From the NCBI RefSeq assembly GCF_964213995.1, contig NC_135819.1, positions 66,712,001 through 66,776,000 on the forward strand: a stretch of DNA of 64,000 nt, given 5' to 3'. The position numbers were made by a program, and so were the translations under genes. This DNA comes from Mustelus asterias. Taxonomy: Eukaryota. The number at the start of each line of letters is the position of its first letter. Within the stretch, counting starts at the first letter, position 1. Below are positions 36,834-49,050 of this stretch, piece by piece. Under the pieces are notes generated by a model. It was not told the origin of the DNA. It did not search any database and was given only the letters and a program-made list of their open reading frames with translations.

Positions 36834-37336
36834 GTCCTTTTTAGTTTTGGGGATAAAACAAAAAGGGGGTGTAACCAAAGAAAAACAAACAAACAACCTT
36901 CCTCGCCGAAGCCCTGTGAGCCAAAGCCCTTTTAGCTCTCACTCTGTCCCCTGCTCACTCCACTGCCCGCTAACGACGCTGCCCGCTCAAAGGTGCGGCC
37001 TACTTTTAAACCCTCCAAAATCTTCCCAGGCTGCTGCTGGGCCTATTTCCTGTTTAGAAAAAAAACCTCCGTTTTTTTTCACTAATTTAACTGAAAAATA
37101 ATTAAATAAATTAGTGCACAAACAAGCTCCCTTACCCTCAGCCTGCTCCTGTGGAACAATGAGGCTGAAACCTCCAAGTTAAGCACTTTTAAACCCTCCA
37201 AAATCTTCCCAGGCTGCTGCTGGGCCTATTTCCTGTTTAGAAAAAAAACCTCCGTTTTTTTTCACTAATTTAACTGAAAAATAATTAAATAAATTAGTGC
37301 ACAAACAAGCTCCCTGACCCTCAGCCTGCTCATTAT

Positions 37337-37780
37337 GTCGAGAAGTTTCGCTCTGTGTTCATGAATTTGGGTATATCTCAAAACGCTGGAATGTCAGCGC
37401 TTGTAAATATTCTTGTACCGGGGTTGCATCCTGATCTGAAGAAAATGTTTGCAATGACTTGTGTTGCGTGGGAGGGAAGACAGGACCTACCCAAGCTTGT
37501 TAGAGCCCTCCAGCACTGCGAACACCAGCTCCAATACCAGAAGCCAAAATCGAGGAGTAAAGTTACAGACAATGTATTTATACGCCGGCCAGTTGGGGCA
37601 GAGGTGGAGGATGTGGGCTGGGAATAAGGCAATTTCAGCAGCGACTCGAGTGCATGTTTCACCTGTGGTCTCCAGGGACACTGGTCCTGGGACTGTATCC
37701 AGAGACTTTCGGCCGTGCCACCCCAGCCTTCCCCACCGCCTGCACCCCCAACAACTCCCTATACCATGTAGCGGCATTTA
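37337..37780 (+). pseudogene. gag: ERV gag remnant (capsid C-terminus and nucleocapsid); the 5' part is at ~32657-32806
   Basis: MHR-like VQEPDKDV..YVEKFRSVF split by the CR1; zinc knuckle CFTCGLQGHWSWDC at 37655-37696. Confidence 0.75.
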
Positions 37781-40169
37781 ATTTAGCCATAAATGTCAAT
37801 ATATGTGACTGCTGCTTAAAATATTGTAGAACTTGTATAATTTGCTATGTAATGTTATTCCTGTGATAGCATTTTTTTGTTTTCTTTTGTTTGTTTTGAT
37901 TTTCTTGACCTTGTGAAGCTTCAGTTTTGTTGTGGTGTTGTCAGTATCCATATTGTTTTAGATTGTAATTTCTGTTTGCCATTTGCCAGCAAAGTCTGTT
38001 TTTATTTTCGCAACAGTAACTCTGTAGGGTTTATGAAATTGTAATTTAATACAGCTGGTAATTTACTTTGATTACTTTAATTCTTGCATTTGATGTATCT
38101 TTTTTCGTGTGTGAACAAATGTTTATAACTGCTGTTACAGAAAAGACCATGTTTTAACGATTACAGTAAAAAAAATCTGCAGTCATTTGGGGGAGGGGGT
38201 TTGTGATATGATTCATCGATTGCAACTTTCACTTGCCTAGCATTTTGAGGGTTGTATTTAAAATCGGATCAACTGCTTCCAATGTAATCCTTAACACTGG
38301 TGCTAACCCTGCTGGGACACCACTATGCTCACTGTTCTCTTTGGTATAGAATTTAATATTTTTAAGACATACATATTCGGCAATGGAACTGGTGATAAGA
38401 TTTAAATTCAATCCCGTCCTTATTGTAAATATTTAGAGGGAGAAAACCTTCTCCTGTGATAATTGTAAACTATCACTTCTTACTGATTTATATGAATGTT
38501 AAACTCATTTACTGCTACAGTTTGGCATTGCTGTGATCATGTAAGGTATGAATCTTTCAGGAGGAATCTTAAAGTTATGCTTTTACCTATAAAAGCAAAG
38601 GAGTTCCTGCATCACAACAGGAGAAGCACTTCATTAGCTATAAAGTAGTTTGAGGCATCCTGAAGCTATAAGAGATATAATATAAGTTCGTTCTTTTCAC
38701 TCAATGTCCAAATCCGATGACACACGGCTAGTTGAAAACACAGCCAGGATAGGCAATAAGAGGGTGAGGCAAACAATCTTATCCAGTAATTTATTCATTT
38801 GTTGGGGGGGGGGGAGTGCTCAGTAAATTGGCTATTCAGATCCCCATAGGAATCATAACTGTATTCTAATCTTAAACATCAAACATAAATACAAAAATAA
38901 ATAATCCGAGTAATAAATTAGTTTTCAAAGTATAAAATCAATTAAATGAAAGACACCAAAATTGAGAAAATGCTTTGCATGAAATAAATATCTGGTGTAC
39001 ATAAATACAATGAAATAACATGAGGAACTATATAAATGTGATAACATGATACGTACAAATATTTTGGACAGTCATTTTTTTTTTCTTTGTTTCAATCCCT
39101 ATTGAAAGATTGGGAGCAATTTGACTTTTGCCATTTGCCTAAAATGAGCGATTTTGGATTTGCTGCTCATTTTCCATCCCCCTCAAAGTCAGGAGAGAGG
39201 TGTAACTGGTGGTGAACTGTGATCACCCACTTTACACTATTGCCATAAATTAATTTCATTGAATCTTGGGATTTATTCAGGTACTTTGCCACAGTCTTGT
39301 TGCTATTGAAATTATAGATAATGCCAAATTGTGTCACATAGCAAGTAGATTGAGTTATATCTTTTTTAAGTGTTAAAATAAGCTACTGCCATTAGCATAC
39401 TAAGGGTTAACCCTAATAGACAATCTTCTTGAGATCATCCAGGATCCACAACAAAAGCTGCATGATGTTCATTGGAACTAACTTCTATTGCCATAATGCT
39501 TATTAGGTTTTGTCAAAGTTCAGAGTGGCTTCCTACTGCTACACAGATTCTATCAAATACAGATATAGGTAAATGCGTGGATTCCCAACTATGCTGGAAT
39601 CAGCCTCTTGGACCTCACTCTCCCCTTGGCCCCTGACAATGTCCTCTGGAACTCTTTATTTTTCCTGCAAAATGGGAATTGCTTGAAAGAGGGAGTGGCC
39701 GGGAGCCAGCGCTGAATTGAACAACTCAAAACATAGTCTGGATCGAACTAACTAAACGTCAATCTGTGTCTACAATATAACTGAATACTTATATTATTAA
39801 AAGTTGAGTACATGCAATCTACAGCAGCATCAACAACTTGCTTCGGTGGCCATGAGAAAGCTTCTGTTCACCTTATGAGCAAGCTTGTTTACCTTACATT
39901 GTACTTTCAGAGAATGCAGCTAAATTTCTAGGCTGGACCCAGAATTCCAAGCTGAGGTGGCCAAATTAGTTTAAGTTAGCTTAAAGCATAGCATAATTAG
40001 TTACATTAGGCAGAAATACCTTAAAATGAAGCTTTTTAACTGGGCAAACCATACAGAGGATCCCACAATCCCTCCTTGATTGAGAGCCTGCTGTAGCTTC
40101 TGCACCTGTATTAGTGCTACTAGACTACGATAAGTCCTTTTAACCTAACGAGTAAAATGGGTTCTCCCA

Positions 40170-41204
40170 GGCCACACCCATCCAATCCCACAAGGTGGGT
40201 TCCTACTATAGCACTCCTGCCCTGGCTTGCCCATATGTTTCATGCGTATACCCATGCGGGCAACGGAGGGATGATCAGGGTAGTGCAGCAGTCATGGTTT
40301 GCACCAAGATTTTCCACCATGGCAGGAAAGATTGCTGCTCGATGCCTACTCTGCCATCGCCATAACCCTGGAAAGACACCGCCAGCGGCTGCAGCAGAAG
40401 GCCCACAACCATGGGGTCCTTTTCTGCAACTATAAATGGACTTGATACAAATGCCCAAAAGTATGGGGTATAGCTGTGTACTTGTTATTGAATGTTTATT
40501 TTCGCGATGGGTAGAAGCATACCCAACTAGAAAAAATGACGCTGTTTCTGTAGCTAAGTTGCTGTTATGTGAATACGTTCCTCGATTTAGGATTCCCAAG
40601 ACACTAGTGACAATGACCCTCATTTTACAGGGAAACTGATACAGGAATTATTGAAAGCATTACAATGCAGACACCACCTTTCCTGCCCCTACCATCCCCA
40701 GTCTACGGGTGCAATTGAGAGGCAAAACAGGATACTAAAGAATAAGCTGGCCAAATTGTGTAAGGAAACAGGCTTGAAATGGCCTGAAGCCCTACCCCTG
40801 GCCCTCATGGTCATGCGCTCCCTTCTTTGGCACCTTATAAGATTATAATGGGATGTCCCATGCGCTTACCTATCTTCCCACCCCTCACTATTAAACAGAT
40901 GAATATCCACTCCATGGATGAAGGAATGATGGACTATTACATACCTCTAACTCACTCACTTAAAAGATTTCATTCCCAGGTCGTGAAAGCTCAGAAGCAA
41001 GTCACCACTGAGGGCTGCCATTTCTACCAACCAGGAGACTTAGTCTTCATTAAGACCTTCCAAAGAAAGCATTGCCTGGAACCTCGATGGGAGGGACCTT
41101 ACTGCATCCTGCTGACAACTCACACAGCCGTGAAGGTGGAAAGGAAACCTTTGTGGATACACATGATCCATGTCAAGCAGGCATCCTCAGAAGAAGAAAC
41201 TTAA
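40170..41204 (+). pseudogene. pol: ERV integrase remnant, class I (gamma/epsilon-like)
   Basis: H-H-CLLC zinc finger, MDLIQMP, FSRWVEAYP, SDN, YHPQSTGAIERQN and GPY/F module WEGPY.ILLTTHTAVKV. Confidence 0.92.
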
Positions 41205-41222
41205 ACAAGGACTTGATACTGT

Positions 41223-42292
41223 TTGAAATGTGAATTTTGGTTGTCATTGATTGTACTGCCCTTTGCAGAGGTGTGGATTAGCAATTCCACGATTCGAAGA
41301 ATGCAAGCTGTCGCTTCACAGGGCAACCAGACCCAATGTTGGATCTGTACTCCCCTCCCTGCCACCCCCGCCTCATCAGAAATGCATTTTTTGCTCTCCC
41401 TTCAAGCCTTGAGTGGTCTGAGGAAGCCACAGTGATCCTCATCCTGAAGACAACAGCCTACCCCAGTGGCCATTAAGGCACGGGCATGGCTGTGTGTTAG
41501 GAGGAATTATACCCATGGGTTCATTCAGGTGGGTGATCTTCCATTGGGTTCCTGTACTTACCTTGCTGAATATGGCTACTGGGAAGCTTGGTTTTGCTTC
41601 CACAATCTGTCTGGTTCCATGAATCCTTTTTGGGATTGCACGACTAACAACCCCTTGTGCATCGCCCACTTCCGAGGCCGAACTCCGCTATACCAAGGGT
41701 GAGTGTGATTGCCAGCGGTCACACAACCTCAGCCTCCATGGTCTCGTTACCGTCTGACCTTCTGATGGCACCTATCCGAAGGGATTAGGATCTTGTAACC
41801 ATGGGGATTGGTCTGGGTGTGCAGACCAAGTAGCCCTAAGGGCTTTACGTCTCAGTCAGACTTGAAATATCTGTTGGTATGCCCAGGAGAAATCTCCCCA
41901 TACCCAGTATTGGCTTCCTTTTTTGCCAAAACACCACATTCTGGTACCTGACCCTGGTTCACAATGGTTCATTCCTCGTCGATTGGGCCGGCACCTGCAC
42001 CATAGGTCACATGATCCCTGAGGCCTTTGGGGTCAAGCACCTGTTAATCCACTTCCTTCACAACCATCTAGGGTTTGTGAAGCGTCAAGAACGGTCAGTT
42101 CCAAACCTGCTTGTCACCCGTAACACCGGCTTTCACCAGTTTGCCCGGGCCCTCCTCCAGGTCTTGGGGTCTCAGAATTAGAAAAGGCTATTATTAATAT
42201 TTCTGCTATCATGGAAATAATTGAAAACAGCACCATGGACGCCATTCAGGGCCTACAGTCGGGAATTCAGTCCCTTTCTAAGGTGGTGCTAC
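41223..42292 (+). pseudogene. env: ERV gamma-type env remnant, truncated
   Basis: Signal-like N-terminus, CWIC (41337-41348), WAGTCTIG, VKR cleavage-like site (~42085), TM heptad LEKAIINISAIMEIIENSTMDAIQGLQ...SLSKVVL. Confidence 0.85.
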
Positions 42293-42900
42293 TGTGGCCA
42301 AATGGGCCACCTAAAATGGCGATTTATAAAGCACTCTGGGACAATTGGGCAAGAACTAAAACAGCAGGCGACAGCCGAAAAGACCGAGATAAACAGGCTG
42401 CAACTCAGATGACTGAATACACAGGATATGAGCCATTTCCAGGACAAAAGGGACTTTCTGATCAAACTGGGTTGTTTACTAGACATAGGGGCGCCATAAC
42501 CCCTTATCTGGGAGGGAGGTGTGTGTCCTATGTGCCCCCAGCACCTACAGACATGGCCATTGGGGACACACCCAGAGATTGGTGTGGCAGCACCCGATTG
42601 GACTTTATCGATCAGGGTGATCAAGTCCTGATCGATTGATTGGCAATGGCCAAAAAGGGCGCGAAACCCAACGGGTTATAAAGGATGCTGCGCAACCAAG
42701 AATCTCTCTCTCTCTAACAACGGTGACCATTGCCAGCAACGACCAGCACGAGGAAAGCCACCACACCCAAGAAGGAAGGAAGACCGGAGCCAGAGTGTCA
42801 GACCAGACCAAAGGACCAGACTACGCAGAGGACTACAGAGACTAGTGCACAGATAAAGGCCAATATCTGCCTGGGTACTTGCCAGTCATGCAAAGTTAAG
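42293..42900 (+). mobile_element. Probable partial LTR of another element that truncates env
   Basis: Abrupt TGTGG start, TATA-like ggttataaagg followed by a (ct)n run; the right end is not resolved. Confidence 0.4.
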
Positions 42901-43022
42901 TCAAGGTCTAGTATTGGACTTGAACTTTATTGTGTACAGTTTTGGTTCTCCTATCTGAAGAGGGATCTAATTGCAAAAGAGGGACTGCAATGGATGTTCA
43001 ACAGAATCCCTGGGACGGTGGG

Positions 43023-43890
43023 TGAAGGAGGGTAATATAAAATTTATAGTATAAAAGCCCCTTGTTTTAAACGGACTATAAGTAGACTAGGTTAAGGTAA
43101 AGATTACAAGGTGCCTTATATGTAAAATAAAGATTCATCATGTGCCTAATACTATACTATATGCAAAGCTATTATTTGTATAATCACAATTGAACCAAGT
43201 ATTATGAAATTAAACTGTATTCTTCTCTCCTTGTAAACTTTGGCCAGTGGGGATCTAACTGCTCAGCATGATGGGAAACAGACAGTAGTAGACTGACCAA
43301 ATTCTTTTGAGGCAAAGGAATATAGAGTGAGCAGTTCTCCTTGTCAGCTTGAGTCGGGCAGCTGTAAGTTAATCAGGACTTTGGAATGTATTGGAGTGCA
43401 TTAGCTCATGGTTAACGAGGTTGGTACAGTTTCTCACAATGAGAAACTGATAATGAGACTGGACATAGGCAAGGGAATAGACTCCCCTTACCAATTAAAA
43501 TTTGCAGGTGATAACAATATCCTTGAATCTACCGGATTTACGTAGTTAGGTTTCCTAGTAACGAGGGAAGAACTTTCAGTGCCATGGACTAATGAGCTCT
43601 TAATCCTACTGACAGGTAGAGCATGTAATATTGTAATTGAACCCTCCAGTTTGGGTGACAAGCTGGGCGGGAAATCGAAGCGTTCAGAAGAGTATATCAA
43701 TCTCACACTTGTACTGTTACGTCAGAAAGGGTAGCCAGTGCTTGCCGACTATCTTTTCTCCTGATTCTGCATTAGCAATAAACTTCTTTTCACTCTTTAA
43801 ATATATGGTGTCTTTCATGGTCTCTGTATTGGTTGACTTCAGCTGAGTACAAGAACCCCAAGTGGAACACCCCAGAAAATTCCTCTTACA
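43023..43890 (+). mobile_element. Solo LTR (868 bp) with 5-bp TSD
   Basis: TGAAG...TTACA ends, AATAAA at ~43778, TSD gtggg/gtgtg; removing it restores CR1 PGTVGLFYEERL. Confidence 0.8.
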
Positions 43891-44187
43891 GTGTGATTGT
43901 TTTACGAGGAGAGATTGAGGCAACTGCGTCTTTATTCCCTGGAGTTATGAAAAATAAAGACTGACCTCATTGAAATTTACAAAATTCTTCCAGGGTAGAT
44001 GAAAATGAGATGTTTCTCCCTGGCTGGTGAGCCTAAAATCAGGGGACATAATCTCCAGATAAGGAATAGGCCATATAAGGCTGAGATGAGGAGGAATTTC
44101 TTCACTTGGAGGGTGGTGAATCTTTGGCATTCTCTACCTGAGAGGGCTGTGGAAGCTCAATCATGAGCCATATTCAAAATAGAAATT

Positions 44188-44445
44188 GTAAGAAGTCTCA
44201 CAACACCAGGTTAAAGTCCAACAGGTTCATTTGGCAGCACTAGCTTTCGGAGCCTCAAGCTCCTTCTTCAGGTGAGTGAGGACTTGTGTTCACAAACAGG
44301 GCACATAAAGACACAAACTCAATTTACAAAATAATGGTTGGAATGCGAGTCTTTACAGGTAATCAAGTCTTAAAGGTACAGACAACGTGAGTTGTCACAC
44401 ACCTGTTAAGCACAGGTTAAAGAGATGTCTCCAGCCAGGACAGTC
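44188..44445 (-). mobile_element. Penelope pLTR fragment with hammerhead motif
   Basis: Minus strand reads cctgaagaaggagcttgaggctccgaaagctagtg; it abuts the truncated copia integrase. Confidence 0.85.
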
Positions 44446-47400
44446 CCTCTCTCTACCACTAGCATGAGATTTCAATGATGTAGTGGCGATGGATCTAAAG
44501 ATATAGGACAAGGATAAAAGCATCTATCTATTGCACTTTGTGGACATGGCCACCTGGTTTAGCTTATCCACGGTGAGTTACGGCAAAGATAAAAAGACCA
44601 TTAGAGATAAAATTATGACCCACTGGATTGGAACAGGATTGGGAGCACCGCCTAAATTTTTGACAGACAATGGGGGCAAATTCGCAAATTGTAAGTTTCA
44701 AGATATGTGCGAAAACTTAAGTATTGTAATGATGCACACTGCAGCAGAGAACCCATTCAGCATTGGCCTCTGTGAAAGGAATCACAGTTATAGATGACAT
44801 GTTCCAGAGTGGAAAGGGCCGGGAAAGTGATAGGAACAAACGGCAAGGTAGTTATATTACAACACAGTAACCAGACAGTGCGAGTTCACTCTTCGAGAGT
44901 AGTGGGAATTGGTTATGAATTTAGAGCATCTGAGCAAGATGCAGAAGGGCAGGAGGCACCTTGTACCTCACATGCACATACCCTGAGTTATTATGAGGAT
45001 CAGTCAACAATAGCTGAGAGGGAATCTGATGATCAACAAAGAACAAGTGAAGCAGGGGATGAAGCTGCTACTTCAGAGGTTCAGCTACCCAAAGTAGGCA
45101 TAGTGGTATCATAAATACCCGAAGGGTCAAGCGAGTGGAGGGATGCCACTATAATCGGGAAAGCAGGAAAGACCGCAGGAAAGTACAAACACTTGCTCAA
45201 CATACAAGAGCGAGGGCAAGAAGCCAAAGCTATAGATTGGGAAAATGAGGTGGACAGATGGAAACAAAAAAAGCGAGACCTAAGTCCTGAGGATGAGACA
45301 GTAAGCATTCGTGAACCCAGGAAAAAGTCGCGAATCTGTGACCAAAGGCGTGTCAACAGAGAACAGCGGTCTGAGAGTAGCATCCCTGACAGAAACAGAC
45401 ATGGCAGTAGAGACCGGAGCTTAACGAGGAAGGCTAGGAATCAAACCAATGATAGGAATAGGAGCAGAAGCCCCCATGATAAGGAAGTATTGATAGCTGC
45501 AAACAAAATGGAGCTTGCGGAAGTAAGAGAGGCCAAACAAAGAGAGCTGAACAGTTGAAAAGAGTTTGGGGTGTACACCGAGGTACCAGATGAAGGGCAG
45601 CCTGCTTTGTTCCATAGGCGGGTTTGCACAGAGAAAGTTTTGCAAGATGGAACATATAAAACTAAAGCCAGATTAGTAGCCCGTGGGTGAGGAACATTTG
45701 GATGGGAGAGACATTAGGGTTGATTCATCCACAGCAGGGAAAGTGACACTGAATTTTTTTTCGCTGTTCTAGCTTCTAATAATTGGATGTGTAAATCAAT
45801 AGATATCAAAGCAGCATTTCTGCAGGGTGAAACATTTCAGAGAAAAGTTTTTTTGAGGCCACCCAAAGAAGCAGGTAATACACAGGGAAATTTGTGGAAA
45901 TTGAACAAATGTATACATGGGTTAAGTGATGCATCATGGCTTTAGTATTTCTCTGTACGATCTGTATTGCTGAAGACTGCCCAGTTGAAAGCAAATCCAG
46001 CAATGTTTTACTGGAAGGCTAAAGGAAAATTAGCAGGAATTTTTGTGATGCAGGTGTGAAGAAGGGAAAGAGTTAATGTTTTTTTTGTACTCAATGTATT
46101 TTGTGCCTAAAAGGTTGAACTTTGTATCTGGAATGTATCATAAACATAACCCTTCCTTATGGCTAGTTTCCCCTTTGTTTATATTGCTCCTGGTAGTAGT
46201 ATAAGCCATTTGTTCATGTCTTTCATCTTTAACTTTTAGTAGCACAAGCCATTTGTTCTTGGTTTCATCTTTAAATTTTAGTAGTATAAGCCATTTGTTC
46301 ATGGTTCCCTAGCTTGTTTATATCATTCTGATAAAACAGACAGTTAAATGTAGATGTAGGGTTGTAAGTCTTACTTTTTCCGTAGGCTTGTGTATGATTT
46401 AAACAAAGGAAGCAGCTATCAAATGGTAGAGTGCGAGAATGGCCGTCTGAAGGAGGACTCCCACTGGGACAGCTGCAATCGTACACAGTCACTTCAAAGG
46501 AAAAGCTGTGGGAAGAGCAGGGGACCAGAGGTGGCACCTTGACCAGGAGAATTGTGCTTTATGACCCAAGGATACCAGATAGTCTCTAACCATGATCCAG
46601 AGACTATCAGAAGCTGTTAAAGGAACTATAACTTATGATCAAGGACTGTTAACTGGACTTTGCTTCATGACTTGTATTGGGAACCCTGATGTATAAAGGC
46701 CCACGCTTCTTGTGTTCAGGGAGAACTTTAGCTTCCGCTTTCAAGGGGTCAGGTTCTCCCTCAAGCTTGTGAGAATAAAGCCTACGCTATTTTGACTCAT
46801 ACCAGCCTCATGAGGTATATTTACCGACTTCAATGTGGATGATTTCCTTTGGAGTGGCCCAGAAGAATTTGAAAAAAGGATAATTGAGAAGCTGAAAACA
46901 GAATTTAAAGTAGGGAGTCAAGCAGCTGGTGCTTTTCGATAACTTGGTCTTGATATCTGACAAAGTACATCTGGTGTAACGATGAGTCAAAAGGGAGATC
47001 TAAAGAGTATAGATCCCATTCCCATCACCAGAGAGAGGTCAATGGAAAAAGAGGAACGGGCCAACGATAAAGAAACAGAATTGTTGAGGAGTATGAAAGG
47101 ACAGCTTAATTGGCTATGCACACAGACAAGACTGGATGGGAGCGATAATGTCCTAGAGCTCAGTAATATGTTGAAGCGCGCCACAGTCAGAGAAATCTTG
47201 CAGGCTAATAAGACATTTGAAAAGTTAAAATTAGGGGAATGTGTGATTAAATTCCCAGCACTAGGAGAACCAGAAGATATGAAATTGGTTGTGTTTAGTG
47301 ATGCCTCGCATTCCAATCCACTAGATGGACATTCAAGCGGTGCTGGATTCATAATATTCCTGGTAGGTAAGGAAGGAAAATGTTGCCCCTTGGCCTGGGA

Positions 47401-48113
47401 AGCAAAGAAAATAAGAAGGGTAGTCAAAATCACATTGGCAGCTGAAACCCAAGCGTTGGTGGAGGTGTTAAATATGGGAATATATTTGTCTGACACATTA
47501 ATAGAATTTTTTTAATGGGCACATCGGGTAAGAAAGTACCAATAGAGTGTTATGTGGACAATCGGACTTTATGGGACAATGTTCACTCAACAAAAAGTGT
47601 AACAGAAAAGCGATTAAGAATTCATTGGCTGGTGTTAAACAAATGCTGGAAAACAAAGAAGTTTCCAAACTTAACTGGGTTGCTGCAAATCTACAGCTGT
47701 CTGACTGATTTACAAAAAGGGGTGCAGGTACTGGAAAGTTATTAAGAATACTGGAGGATGGTTGTCTTAAATTATTTTGAAAAAAAAATTAAAATAAAGG
47801 GAATCTGTTGGAATGTAACTGGTGACAACTTTGTATTAGATGTAATGTGACCAATGGTAACAAGCTGTAAGAGTCAGCTGACCCAGTAAAGCATGGAACC
47901 AATTACAGAATGACGTGATGGTCAGCTGACCAGCTGATTCAATATAAATAAGAACCTGTTGGGAATTTTGGCGAACTTGGATTGGCCGAGGGTGAGGCCT
48001 CATGTTTGGAGTAATGAAGTTTCTTTATTAAACCCTTTCTTTGATTTATAAGTTGGAGTAAGTTTTGTTCTATTTTTATTATCTGCATTTGAAGAGTTCC
48101 TTCCGAGGAAACA
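44446..48113 (+). mobile_element. Ty1/copia LTR retrotransposon relic (IN-RT-RNase H, 3' LTR ~47806-48113), possibly GalEa-like
   Basis: Integrase (VAMD / TDNGG / CERNH) precedes RT (KARLVARG, DIKAAFLQG, HVDD) and RNase H (FSDAS...LAAET); a polypurine tract precedes TGTT...AACA. Confidence 0.88.
46057..46832 (+). mobile_element. Solo LTR (776 bp) with 5-bp TSD inside the copia RT
   Basis: TGAAG...CTTCA inverted ends, TATA at ~46692, AATAAA at ~46774, ~43-bp tandem repeats at 46194-46304, TSD aggtg/atgtg. Confidence 0.88.
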
Positions 48114-48864
48114 GAATGGTCCAGGGCTCTCCAACTCCCGGATAAGTGACTGGTATTAGGGGATTCATTAGACAAGCATTTCTGTGGCGGTATATGACTC
48201 CAGGATGGTAGGTTGCCTCCCTGGTGGCAGCATCAAAGTTGCCACAGGGCAGCTGCAGGACATTTTTCTGAGGCAGGGTGAACAGTCTAAGGTCCTGATG
48301 TACATCAGTACAACTTGAGGAAAGGAAAGGACATGAAGATGGCTCTTGAACAATATCAATGGTTTGGTTGAGTGGGAGAGAAGTGGAAAATGGAATTAAA
48401 TGCAGAGAAGTATGAGGTATTGCACATGAAATGAGCAAACAAAGCTAGGGAATACACGATAAATGGCAGGATACTGAGAGGGTAGAGGAAGTGAGATACC
48501 TTGGAGTGCACATCCACAGGTCCCTGAAGGTGGCAGGAAAGCTGAATAAGGTGATAAAGAAAGTATGTGGAACGCTTTTCCTTATAGGACAAGGTATTGA
48601 GTACAAAAGCAGGGATGTAATATGTACCGAGGGGGCTGGAGTAGGACTTGGACAGGGAATGCTCCACATACCCCATGAAGAGAGAGGGACCCCCCCAACC
48701 ACCCAACACCCCACCCAGGCCAACTGCCACATTCCTCAGGTTGTCCTCTGACAATCTCTACCTTTTTTTCACCATTCACACATTCTGACCTCTTAAAGCT
48801 TTCCTGTGCATTTATTTTTTCCATTATCAGTCAGAAATGGAGCAGGTGGAGGATACCGTGTTGT

Positions 48865-49050
48865 GCATGGGTTTCCTCCGGGTGCTCCGGTTTCTTCCCA
48901 TAGTCTGAAAGACGTGCTGGTTAGGTGCTTTGGCCATGCTAAGTTTCTCCCTCCGTGTACCCAAACAGACACTGGAGTGTGGCAACTAGGGGATTTTCGC
49001 AGTAACTTCATTGCAGTGTTAATGTAAGCCTACTTGTGACATGAATAAAC
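48865..49050 (+). mobile_element. V-SINE alternative-tail 3' part; degraded CR1 and Penelope RT scraps lie at 48150-48750
   Basis: V-domain and tail as in 3365-3610; LFMGYVEHSL on the minus strand resembles Penelope RT. Confidence 0.8.

Larger units (their letters stand above)
32807..37331 (-). mobile_element. Essentially full-length young CR1 LINE inserted in ERV gag
   Basis: 5' UTR with tandem monomers, intact ORF1, ORF2 with one late frameshift, (ttctttg)n tail, TSD attat at 32802-32806 and 37332-37336. Confidence 0.97.
28535..44185 (+). mobile_element. Old CR1 split into collinear pieces (28535-28640, 28950-29325, 30182-30630, ~42915-43022, 43891-44185) by nested insertions
   Basis: Consecutive ORF2 motifs resume after each insert: KVDKSP, FQKAFDKV, VADDTKL, YCVQFW, YEERLRQL, RNFFT.RVVNLW. 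Confidence 0.75.

Noticed and set aside
46194-46304. Short direct repeats resembling a CRISPR array
   Set aside because: Contiguous tandem units without unique spacers, inside an LTR of a vertebrate genome.
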